Below, piece by piece: positions 1-10,924 of a stretch of DNA of 35,483 bases. Source of the DNA: Thraustochytrium aureum (taxonomy: Eukaryota); assembly GCA_012862495.1 (NCBI GenBank), contig BLSG01000394.1:97856-133338 (forward strand). Direction: 5' to 3'. A program made the translations under genes and the position numbers. Position 1 is the first letter of the stretch; the number at the start of each line of letters is the position of its first letter. The notes below the pieces were generated by a model that was given only the letters and a program-made list of their open reading frames with translations, did no database searches and was not told where the DNA came from.

Positions 1-1
1 G

Positions 2-2170
2 ATTCGACGCGCGTCACAGTCTGAGAACGGAAGGCTCCAGATCGTACTCCGTGCCAAGCTGACGCGGCTCGAGGACGACGACAACACGGTCAACTTTGAC
101 TGCGCCGAGTCGGTGCAGTTCTGCTCGCTCCAGCTTTGCGCGGAGAGCGACAAGGACACCTTTGCATGGGCGCTAAGCCTACCGGAGCTCATGGCGCCAG
201 AACCCTCGCCCACGGCTTGGGCAGTCGCAGCCCCGCGCAAGTGGGACTTTAGCGCTGCGACTTTGGCGCGCCAATGCGCACGATACGTCTCGGAGCCCTT
301 TTACGCCTCTAATCCAGTCTCGACGCGCAACGCGAGCGCCGCCGCGACTGCTCTGCTGTTTCTCGGCCAGGGCGCCGTGCTGGGCAAACGGTGTGTCCGT
401 GCTAGCGCGAGCGTGGTCGACTTTCTTCTCATCAACGCGCTGCCACCGTCGGCGATCAAGATTGACGAGTTGCAGCGGAGCTTTAGCGTGCAGCTCCTCC
501 GCCTAGGCGCGAAAGCGTCACGCGAAGCCAATGGCCAGCTTGCTCTGACAGGGCTTGATATTGCCACGCACGGCAGGGTGACCGGGGTCGTGAGCGGTGC
601 TGCGCCAGAAGCGGCCAGCGGCCACGACGACAGCAGTGTCGCAGGCGGAGACTTGGACAGCGCAAGCGGGGCTGGCGCTGGTCAGCGGCGTGCTTTGCCG
701 CTCCGGGGCTTGCACGCCCAAGTGGTGTGCAAGTCTGCGGGCAGGTTCCGTCTTGCCGTGAAACTGTCCGGACACCACATATTCGGGAGCCCGTTTCGGC
801 TTGAGGTGGTGCCCGGCAAGGTGAGCGCTGCTCACTGCACGCTGGGCAACTTGTGCCGCGCCGGCAACGCGCCAAACCAGTGGACTGTGCAGGTAACTCG
901 CCGCGACGCCTTTCTCAACAAGTGCGACCCAGGCAAGAGGTGGAAGACCGGATTCGAAGCACGCATCGAAGGGCAGGGCAAGGTCCTGTCGGTGACGGGG
1001 CGCTTCAGCAGACTTGTACAATACAATTTGAAACGGCCGGCGACACAAGCGCCGGTCTGCTGAGAGTCACCTTGGGCGACTTAGACGTGCGCGAATCGCC
1101 GATGCGGCTCGAACGCCTTGCTCGGCTGCCAGCAGAGCGCGAGGGTGGCGAGGCGGCCCCGAGTCTTGTTCCCGCCAGTGACGGGGGCCGCAGCTGGCTC
1201 GGGGGGAGGACGACCTCGTAAGGCAAGGTGTCGAGCGCGTCGGCGTCGCTCGTGCGGTTCTTGAGCAGGCCACGGCGGCCCAGACTTTCCGGGCGCAGCA
1301 TGCTGTAGCCCACTTCGNNNNNNNNNNNNNNNNNNNNNNNNNNNNNNNNNNNNNNNNNNNNNNNNNNNNNNNNNNNNNNNNNNNNNNNNNNNNNNNNNNN
1401 NNNNNNNNNNNNNNNNNNNNNNNNNNNNNNNNNNNNNNNNNNNNNNNNNNNNNNNNNNNNNNNNNNNNNNNNNNNNNNNNNNNNNNNNNNNNNNNNNNNN
1501 NNNNNNNNNNNNNNNNNNNNNNNNNNNNNNNNNNNNNNNNNNNNNNNNNNNNNNNNNNNNNNNNNNNNNNNNNNNNNNNNNNNNNNNNNNNNNNNNNNNN
1601 NNNNNNNNNNNNNNNNNNNNNNNNNNNNNNNNNNNNNNNNNNNNNNNNNNNNNNNNNNNNNNNNNNNNNNNNNNNNNNNNNNNNNNNNNNNNNNNNNNNN
1701 NNNNNNNNNNNNGTAGTCGGAGCGCGTGGTCGAGGGACGAAGTTCCGAGCGCGCCGCTTTCGCCCCCGCTCTCAGAGGTGCTGGGAGAGAGCCAGCTGCG
1801 GGGCATGCATGATGCCATTTTCAGGCTTGAGCGCATCCTGGGCCCGCTGCGCGAAGTGGCCGAGATCGAGGCGCGCGGCGGGCGCAGCCAGTCGTCCGAG
1901 TGGAAGCGGCTTCTCGTGCGCTGGAGCTCGTGGCACTCGGTCAACGCAAATAATCCAAGCGTGCTTCGTGCTCGCTTTGCGCAGCTCCAGGCCTTGGAGG
2001 CGGCCTTTTCGCGGAGCGACCTGCCCAACCGGCAAGTGCTTTGCCAGGACATCCGCCGCGTTATGGAGGTCATCGCGGATTTGCTCCGTCGTGTGAGGGC
2101 CGAGGCGCGTCTCGCGGGGGCGCGGTCCGCAGCAACGCCGCGACAGCCAGCGCAGCTCGATAGACAGTAG
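2..2170 (+). CDS. 5'-truncated protein with a possible PH-like region and filamin/Ig-like repeat(s); frameshifts near 995 and 1205; interrupted by an N gap
   Basis: The frame is open from base 2. LCAESDKDTFAWALSL resembles a PH C-terminal helix. AGRFRLAVKLSGHHIFGSPFRLEVVPG is a typical filamin-repeat end, and a second repeat-like end (GLLRVTLGDLDVRESPMRL) lies in the shifted frame. The reading continues past the G7 run (GEDDLVRQGVERV...). The 1713-2170 helical ORF is assumed to be the same gene. Confidence 0.55.
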
Positions 2171-2491
2171 TTTGGTTCTCGCTGGCCAAGGCATGAAGAT
2201 GTTGTTGCAGCAAATAAGAGTGTATCTTGTGTCCTGCGTTGCTCGCCTGCCTGAGAGCTGCCGGTCGCTGCTACTGGCTGCCGTCATCTCGGCTGCGCCT
2301 GCTAGTGAGTGGCTGGGTTGGCGGGGCTTGCGCAGGCCCCAAGCATCCCGAAAACGTGAAAAAGGGGCGGCTGGAGGCGCGCGTCAAATTGTTGGCAAGT
2401 TGATCTCAGCAGCACTCTGCTCTTCTACGCTGCAACAAAACGCCGGGCACGCGTTTCATGTTTCGCGCAAGCTCGGCGAGAAGGTGGCCAA

Positions 2492-3613
2492 CTATGCGGT
2501 CGAAAACCAAGAGCCCGCTGCTGGCGCAAGGGCCCGCGTTCCGAGGTCGTCGCAAAGGCCGTCGAGCGTCGTCGCAACAGCGCGTGGAATCGGAATGCCA
2601 CGCTGCGAACGTAGCGCAAAGGTCTCGCTCTCCACCTCCCCCGGCAGGCGCACTGGGCCTGGCCCATTGCAGCCGTCGCCGGGGCCCGGCGCGTCGCGCA
2701 AGTACGCCGCGATTGCATCGGCGATGGCGAGCGATTCGAAGCCCGCCTGGGCAAAACTTGCGGGGTCGATGGCGATCGTCAGCATCGAGTTGAGGATGGT
2801 TCCGTCGTTTGGGTTTGCGGCGCCTCCGGGCGCGGCAGGCGCCATCGTAAAGCCGCCAAACAATGCACTCGTAAACAATTCGCACGCGGCGGCAAGCGCG
2901 GCGCCCTTGTGCGCGCCAAACGGCAAGAGGGCGCCCTTTGGCTCGGCAAACATGGCGGCCGGGTCCTGGGTGAGTTTTCCAGCGGCGTCCATGACAGCTT
3001 GGTCTGGAGCTGGCGCGCCGGCGGAGAGAGCCTCGCGCACTTTGCCGAGGGCCACCTTGCTCGTGGCAAAGTCCACAATCACGTCGAACGGGCGGTAGGG
3101 GAACCCCAACGTCACCGGGTTGGTGCCAAGGCGGGCGTCATAGCCACCGAATGGCGCCACGAGGCCTTGGTGCCCGGAAACGTTGGTAAGGTGGATGGAG
3201 CAAAGTCCTTGCTGCGTGCACAGCTCTGCCCAGTGGCCGATGCGGCCGAGATGGTGCGAGTTCTTCAGGGCCACAGCGGCCACGCCAAAGTGCTTTGCGC
3301 GCTCAACAGCAAGCTGGACAGCCTGCAGGCCGGCCGTCTGACCGAAGCAGCGCTGGGCATCCAGCACGACCGTGGCTGCCCCGTTGTCTGTTTCAACGAC
3401 GACTTGCCCGTCGACGTTGACGCGGCCATCGCGCGCGCTCGACACATAGTTGGGCAAGTAGCCAACGCCGTGCGAGTCGTGGCCCTTGAGGTTGGCCAGG
3501 ACGAGGTTCTCTGCAACGGCCTGCGCCGTGGCCTCGTTCGCGCCCACGCCTCGCAGCAGCGCACGCGCCACAGCGGTCAGCCCTTGCACGGACGCCGTGA
3601 CAGTGCCGGCCAT
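2492..3613 (-). CDS. Malate/L-lactate/ureidoglycolate dehydrogenase (Ldh_2 family, YbiC/HcxB-like), 373 aa, intronless
   Basis: Family motifs ANLKGHDSHGVG, VLDAQRCFGQ, NSHHLGRIG, LGTNP, DFATSKVALGK, LLPFGAHKG and VRLPGE; ATG at 3613 (MAGTVTAS). Confidence 0.92.
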   Translation of the reverse strand: MAGTVTASVQGLTAVARALLRGVGANEATAQAVAENLVLANLKGHDSHGVGYLPNYVSSARDGRVNVDGQVVVETDNGAATVVLDAQRCFGQTAGLQAVQLAVERAKHFGVAAVALKNSHHLGRIGHWAELCTQQGLCSIHLTNVSGHQGLVAPFGGYDARLGTNPVTLGFPYRPFDVIVDFATSKVALGKVREALSAGAPAPDQAVMDAAGKLTQDPAAMFAEPKGALLPFGAHKGAALAAACELFTSALFGGFTMAPAAPGGAANPNDGTILNSMLTIAIDPASFAQAGFESLAIADAIAAYLRDAPGPGDGCNGPGPVRLPGEVESETFALRSQRGIPIPRAVATTLDGLCDDLGTRALAPAAGSWFSTA

Positions 3614-4092
3614 CTGCCCCTTGGCCACCCGGCCTTGCCTGGGCCCACGCCAAGGCGTTCCTCGACTGCTCACTCCACGAGCACGGCGAGAGTCTGCCAG
3701 GCGTCCAAAAACCCGCTCTTCGCGAGGCTGGCCACGTGCATTTTTCAAGGTGGACCGGTGGATGTCCGCGTGGGCGGCCGGCCTGTTCCAGTCCGCGAGC
3801 TGCTGAATTCTGAATCTGCTCGTGCAAGTGGACCGCACGCAAGTCGACCGCACGCACGGCGCCCGACGAGCAGCGCCCGACGAGCGACCCTCTCCCCCTC
3901 CGCACGCTGGCTGGCGGAGCGGCCTGCGCAGTCTGAGAAACACGCGCACACAGCAGGGCGTGCGCTCGTCCCGCTGCCTGAAAGTAGGGTAGGGTCGCGC
4001 CGTTTGGGTGGCTGACTTGGGTGGCTGACCTGGGGGGACCGAGGGTGTTCTGGCGAGAGCCACTCGTGAGGTGGAGGAGGGCTTTGGCGCGG

Positions 4093-4231
4093 CAGAGCAG
4101 CAGCAGCGGCAGGCAGCAGGCAGGCAGCAGCAGCAGCAGCAGCAGCAGACCAGGAGGAGACGTGACACGCCAAGATGGTACGTTGGCCCGCAGGCAGGCA
4201 GGCAGGCAGGCTGGCAGGCTGGCGGGCTGGC
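4093..4231. repeat. (CAG)n and (CAGG/CTGG)n microsatellites flanking the RPS4 start codon
   Basis: Read directly from the sequence. Confidence 0.85.
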
Positions 4232-5335
4232 TTGCGGCGAGCGCGCTTCACGGCTTGCGCGCTCCAAGGTGCTCCACGGCGAGCGTTCTGCGTAGCACGC
4301 GGAGCTGGAGCGCGCGGGGTAGGGGCACGCGGAGCGACGGGAGGGGAGGGAGGCGAGGCCGGCCTGTTGCTGGCGCGCGAACCGGCCGGCTCGAGCGGTC
4401 GCGAGCAGTTGGAAATGCGAGCTGCCGCGGCGTCCGACGCTCGAGCTCGCGCAAGTGCGCCTTGCAAGGGATTGGCGGGGACTTGCTGTTCACCCTGCGA
4501 CGGATAAAGCAACGGCCAGCTAACGTGGTGCTCGATCGCTCCCTTACAGGCTCGCGGCAACAAGAAGCACCTCAAGCGCCTCAATGCCCCCAAGCACTGG
4601 ATGCTTGACAAGCTGGGCGGCATCTGGGCGCCACGCCCGTCGACCGGCCCGCACAAGCTTCGCGAGTGCCTGCCGACCATTCTCATCCTCCGCAACCGCC
4701 TCAAGTACGCGCTGAACGCGAAGGAGGTGCTCTCGATCACCATGCGCAAGATGGTCAAGATCGACGGCAAGGTCCGCACCGACCCGCGCTTCCCCGCAGG
4801 TCTCATGGACGTCGTCTCCCTGGAGAAGACCGGCGAGGACTTTCGCCTGCTCTACGACTACAAGGGCCGCTTCCAGCTGGTCCCCATCGAGAAGAAGGAG
4901 GCGCAGTTTAAGCTCTGCAAGGTGATGTGCATCCGCGTTGGTGCCAACAAGGTGCCGATGCTCACCACCCACGACGGCCGCACCATCCGGTACCCTGACC
5001 CCGTCATCAAGGCCAACGACACCATCAAGGTCGACCTGGCCACTGGCAAGATCACCGAGGTGTTCAAGTTTGAGGTTGGCCAGCTCGTGATGATCACCAG
5101 CGGTCATAACCGTGGCCGTGTTGGTGTGCTCCAGCAGCGTGAGCCGCACCCTGGTTCGTTTGAGATTATCCACGTCAAGGACTCGAACGGCAAGGAGTTT
5201 GCTACTCGTCTTAGCGCCGCGTTTATCATTGGCAACCAGAACCGCCCCGCTGTCAAGCTTCCCAAGGGCAAGGGCCTCAAGCTCTCCATTATCGAGGAGA
5301 AGGCGATCAAGGAGAAGCGGGCCAAGCAGACCTAA
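4175..5335 (+). CDS. RPS4: 40S ribosomal protein S4 (eS4); exon 1 is ATG only (4175-4177), exon 2 is 4550-5335
   Basis: The spliced product reads [43 protein letters not shown]..., the canonical eS4 N-terminus; full-length to the stop at 5335. Confidence 0.98.
4178..4549 (+). other. Spliceosomal intron of RPS4 (372 nt), directly after the start codon
   Basis: Donor GTACGT, branch GCTAAC at 4519, acceptor CCCTTACAG; removal restores the conserved N-terminus. Confidence 0.93.
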
Positions 5336-5606
5336 ACGCTTGGTATTACAAAAATATAATCGCGCTTTCCGCGTCCTGCGCCTCGTTGCACTTTGCCGTT
5401 TCCCGCGTTGGCCATCGAGCCGGCAAGCCAGCGCTTCGCCGATGGTGCAATGTGAACTTGGGTTTTTCTTCTGCTTCTATCCTTGCTTGTAGTTACATGT
5501 TCCATCCTTGCTTGTAGTTAGCCTATGCACATGCGGGGGGAGCTGACGCGCGTTGCGCGACCGCCTTCAGAAAGCGAACACTCTGGGCCGACGGCCCCCT
5601 GGCTTA

Positions 5607-5990
5607 TCAGTCCTTCGGGTCTCCGCGCGTGGAGAACATTTCGTGGTCTGGACCGTCCAGCCACGCAACGTTAGCCGCATCTTTCATCGCGCCGCGGTGA
5701 GCCGTGTACCTGCGTGCAAACTCGCGCGTCTCACTGTCGTTGGGTGGGATGGTAGCCTTTCGTCGCACCTTGCTGATTTGGACGTCTGGGGAGGTTGCCA
5801 TCATGCGCTGCCACAGAACGCCACTGGTAACCACTGTCGCTGAAATGATCGCCACAAGGGGCATGTACCGTTTCGGGAGGATCGGGGCTTGGCCAAAGAT
5901 GTGCGCCTTCAGCGAGTTGTGGCCCGTCTTCGTTACGTGGCGAGGGACGTTGCTCATCGTCACAGCGCCGACGCTCTGTCCTGCCATCAT
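5607..5990 (-). CDS. B12D / NDUFA4 (COXFA4)-like small mitochondrial membrane protein
   Basis: YMPLVAIISATVVTSGVLWQRMMATSPDVQISKVRR fits the B12D pattern (PL + one TM helix + R...PD/EV...K.R); 127 aa. Confidence 0.65.
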   Translation of the reverse strand: MMAGQSVGAVTMSNVPRHVTKTGHNSLKAHIFGQAPILPKRYMPLVAIISATVVTSGVLWQRMMATSPDVQISKVRRKATIPPNDSETREFARRYTAHRGAMKDAANVAWLDGPDHEMFSTRGDPKD

Positions 5991-6823
5991 CGTCGCGTCG
6001 TGTGTTGTCTCGTCGAGGATCTCAAAATGAACTAAGGGTTCAGGCTCGCTTTTGCTTCACTTGGCTTGAGAGCGTTTGGGGTCTGCTGCGCGGTGCTAGC
6101 TGGCTTGCGAGCCGGCTTTGCGGGCGGGACCTCACTGTGAGCCTCGGGTTGCACGGCTTGCTCATTCGCGATTTTTTGAGCCACAGCAAAGTGGACCTCT
6201 GGGGAAAGATCGCTTCGGTTCGGAACGGATCGCGGCCGAGATGTGCCCAGAGCCGCGTTCGGGTCGCCGCAAGGAGGATGCTGCTTCCTGCACAAGTTGA
6301 GATCTACCTGCCCGTGCCCGTCACGGTGGTGTACCTAGAGTACTTACTGCAAAANNNNNNNNNNNNNNNNNNNNNNNNNNNNNNNNNNNNNNNNNNNNNN
6401 NNNNNNNNNNNNNNNNNNNNNNNNNNNNNNNNNNNNNNNNNNNNNNNNNNNNNNNNNNNNNNNNNNNNNNNNNNNNNNNNNNNNNNNNNNNNNNNNNNNN
6501 NNNNNNNNNNNNNNNNNNNNNNNNNNNNNNNNNNNNNNNNNNNNNNNNNNNNNNNNNNNNNNNNNNNNNNNNNNNNNNNNNNNNNNNNNNNNNNNNNNNN
6601 NNNNNNNNNNNNNNNNNNNNNNNNNNNNNNNNNNNNNNNNNNNNNNNNNNNNNNNNNNNNNNNNNNNNNNNNNNNNNNNNNNNNNNNNNNNNNNNNNNNN
6701 NNNNNNNNNNNNNNNNNNNNNNNNNNNNNNNNNNNNNNNNNNNNNNNNNNNNNNNNNNNNNNNNNNNNNNNNNNNNNNNNNNNNNNNNNNNNNNNNNNNN
6801 NNNNNNNNNNNNNNNNNNNNNNN

Positions 6824-7969
<1,146 letters not shown>

Positions 7970-8641
7970 GCCAGCATTGCAGGCTGCCAGAGGCGGGGTG
8001 GGGCGGGGTGGCCGCCCATTGGCCCGATGGCCTAGGCATCTCGGCAGCGGTGCTGCTGCGGCGCGGCGTGCACAAGATCAGCGCCGAAAGAAACAAAAAG
8101 AAACAAGTTCAATCTTGGTCAAATCTATTGGCTGGCTGTCTCGGAAGCGCAGGTTCCGGTTCACGGTGGGAAAGAGCGCACGGCGGCGTTGAGGAGGCAC
8201 GCGTTTGGTTGGTGTCGTCGGGGGTCCAGCGTTGAGGCGCCAACTCTCTAGCTAGAGAGAGGGCTAGCTGGAGCGCGTCGCCTTCAGAAAGGCCGAGTGC
8301 AAGCCCCAGCGCAGCCCTACTTGGCTACAGAGAGCTCGTAGCTGGAGCGCGAGATGGAAAGGCAAGGCAAGTTGTAGATGGTTGGCCGCTGTCGCCAGTT
8401 TGTTGTAGTGAAGGTAGTTACTCTCGCGGACAACGCTCCACTTTCCTCCGCACAAGGTTCAAACCCGCCCTACGACCTCTCGCACTGCAGCCGCCGACCC
8501 ATCCATCGTTGCGCCCGCGACCGAATCGAAACGCACCCAACCCCCAACGGGAGCAGGCTGCGCGCTGCTAATAGCCCAGTGGAGGACGTCAAGGCTAGCA
8601 GCAAAGCCGCGCAAGCGCTCAGTAGGACTGCTCCCGATTCT

Positions 8642-9679
8642 TCACTTGGATGCCGCGGCGTCGGCCGAAGGCGCGGCGGCCCCAGCCGAGGCCGCCGGGG
8701 CGGCGACGGCGCCGAGAGGCCCAAAGTAGGGGTGCGCCATGGCCTCTTGCGCAGTGAGGCGCTCCTGGTGGTCGTACCGGAGCAATTTCCCAAGAAAGTC
8801 GAGCGACTCGGGCGTGATGAGGTGCTGGTTATCCGAGTTGACAAACTTGGACCACGGCTTTCTGGAGTGGCGGCCGAGAATACCGTCAAAGTGCGGGTCC
8901 AGCTCGAGGTCGTACTTGTCGAGGTACGCGAGAAGCTCGTCCGTGCCGAGCACCTTGGCGATCTTGACGAGCTGGTCATAGTTGTCGTGACCGTGGAAGA
9001 AGGGCTCCTTGCGGAAGAGCATGCCAGCGAGCATGCAGCCGAGCGACCACATGTCCAGGCTGTAGTCGTAGTCCTGGAGGTCCACGAGAAGCTCCGGGCC
9101 CTTAAAGTAGCGGCTGGCTACGCGCACGTTGTACTCGCGGCCGGGGTGGTAAAACTCGGCAAGGCCCCAGTCGATGAGGCGCAGCTTGCGGTTCTTGTGG
9201 TCGATCATGACGTTGTGCGGCTTGACGTCGCGGTGCATGATGCCCTGCGAGTGGCAGTAGTCGAGCGCCTTGAGGATCTCGTTCATGTAATACCGGATGT
9301 CAAAGTCGCTGAGCGTCGGGTACAGGATCTTAAAGTCGACGTTGTCCACGTACTCGAAAATGAGGCTCGGCGTCTTGCTCTGTGGGTCGCGGACGACGTC
9401 CAGGAGCTTGATGATGTTGGGGCCGCCGCACAGGTTTTGCAGGATCTTGATCTCGCGCTTGATCTTCTTCTTCTTGACCGGCTTGAGGATCTTCACGACG
9501 CAGCGCTGCTTGCTGCGCACGTTGTAGCCGTCGAACACCTCCGAGTACTTGCCGCGGCCGATTTTTCGCACGACCTCATAGTCCTCCTGCGTGGCCCAGG
9601 TGATCTGGATGTTCTCGTAGTCCCAATAGTCGCGCGGCCGGTGCACGTTCACGTCCGCGTAGACGCGTGCGTGGCTCAT
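8642..9679 (-). CDS. CKA1: Casein kinase II catalytic subunit alpha, 345 aa, intronless
   Basis: [50 protein letters not shown] and [10 protein letters not shown]. Confidence 0.98.
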   Translation of the reverse strand: MSHARVYADVNVHRPRDYWDYENIQITWATQEDYEVVRKIGRGKYSEVFDGYNVRSKQRCVVKILKPVKKKKIKREIKILQNLCGGPNIIKLLDVVRDPQSKTPSLIFEYVDNVDFKILYPTLSDFDIRYYMNEILKALDYCHSQGIMHRDVKPHNVMIDHKNRKLRLIDWGLAEFYHPGREYNVRVASRYFKGPELLVDLQDYDYSLDMWSLGCMLAGMLFRKEPFFHGHDNYDQLVKIAKVLGTDELLAYLDKYDLELDPHFDGILGRHSRKPWSKFVNSDNQHLITPESLDFLGKLLRYDHQERLTAQEAMAHPYFGPLGAVAAPAASAGAAAPSADAAASK

Positions 9680-10616
9680 CGTCCTCTCCACCTTGCTGCC
9701 CTCCAGCGTGGCTCCGACTGTCTTGCCGCCCTGCCTGCTGGCGCTCCGGCGGTTCGCCCACGCTTTCGAGCCCCTCTCGAGCAGGCGTGCGGGGCCTCCC
9801 CAAAACGCCCTCAGTCCCGGGCGCTCCACCACGTCGGCTCGCAACGAGCCGCGCTGCCCGCCCGCCCGCCCACCCGCCGCCGACCGGCGCGCGCAACTGG
9901 CACCACCCGCACCGGCACCAGCACCCCCAGTCCAACCACCGCCGCGGCGACAACCGGCACGACAGCCACGCACGGCCAGCACAGCCACAGCCGGCGCAGC
10001 CACGACCAGCACGACAGCCGCCGCCGATGCCGCCTGCTCCGCCGCCTGCTGCAGCTGCCACGGCGTCTGCTGCTGGCGGCTGTCCACCCGACGCCAAAAG
10101 CCACGCAGAGCCCAAGGAGGAAAATGAAGGCCTTCAGGCACCACAACACAACCGAATCTGAAATCCGAGTCAGCCTCAGCATTCAGCCTCAGCAGTTGAG
10201 CGGCCTGCCAGCCTGCTGTGCTCGTTCGCGCTCGCCGTCGGTTTGCCTTCCGCAGAGGGGGGGAACGCAGCGAACTGCCCGCAGGCCCTCACGCGGCGAG
10301 CAGAGGAGGCGCCGGTCCTCCACCCATCCCCGCCCTCTCTGTCTTGCGTTGCCGCTCAAGTTTGGAGTTGGCTCCGCGGACGGACCTAACCGCTCGACCT
10401 AACCCGGCAGAGGAACGATCCTCGGGCTCGCGGCGAACTCGGCTGTCCCCGCGCGATCCACCGTGGCACATGCACGCATGACGCACGCCACGCGAGCACG
10501 ATCGGCCAGCGATCACGATGGCACCAACGCTGTCTGCTTGGCGCCTGCCGCGGACAGCGGCGTCGTTGGTCCAGAACGCGAAAAGGGGAAATCGTTCGAC
10601 AAGAATCCAAATTCCA

Positions 10617-10924
10617 TCAGAGAAAGAGGTGGGCCATCACTGCCGCCGAGGTAAACCCGGTGAGGCCAACAACTCCTGCTCCGGCCAGCCCGACCACAAA
10701 TGGCTTGGGGCCCACGCCGCGCAGCGCAGCAGCCGATGTGCTGAGCCCCACCGCAGCCATCGCAGTTCCCAGCAAATAGTGCGAGCCGAGCTCGCCCCCG
10801 ACGGCGTTGATGAGCATCGACCAGGTCGCAGGCTCCAGAACGCCAAAAGCGGCGCCGCTCGACGCAAGCGAGACGTCACCCACCGTGCGCAGCGCCGACA
10901 TGCCCACAAAGCCCGCCACAAAGC
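10617..10924 (-). CDS. C-terminal part of a YeiH/UPF0324 (putative sulfate exporter) membrane protein; the rest is in the N gap
   Basis: FVAGFVGMSALRT...LLGTAMAAVGLSTSAAALRGVGPKPFVVGL matches the family C-terminal motif (AMAAxGLxT...L...GxKP..G). Confidence 0.82.

Noticed and set aside
3614..4267. 218-aa N-terminal extension of the Ldh_2 ORF with poly-Cys
   Set aside because: It is a translation of promoter microsatellites overlapping RPS4 exon 1; family similarity starts at the Met at 3613.
4178..4549. Intronic snoRNA in the RPS4 intron
   Set aside because: No RTGATGA/CTGA box pair or convincing H/ACA hairpins were seen.
8378..10402. 674-aa plus-strand ORF
   Set aside because: It is the antisense shadow of CK2, caused by GC-rich codon bias. 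The same applies to long ORFs opposite Ldh_2, RPS4, aroC, asparaginase and PRP6.
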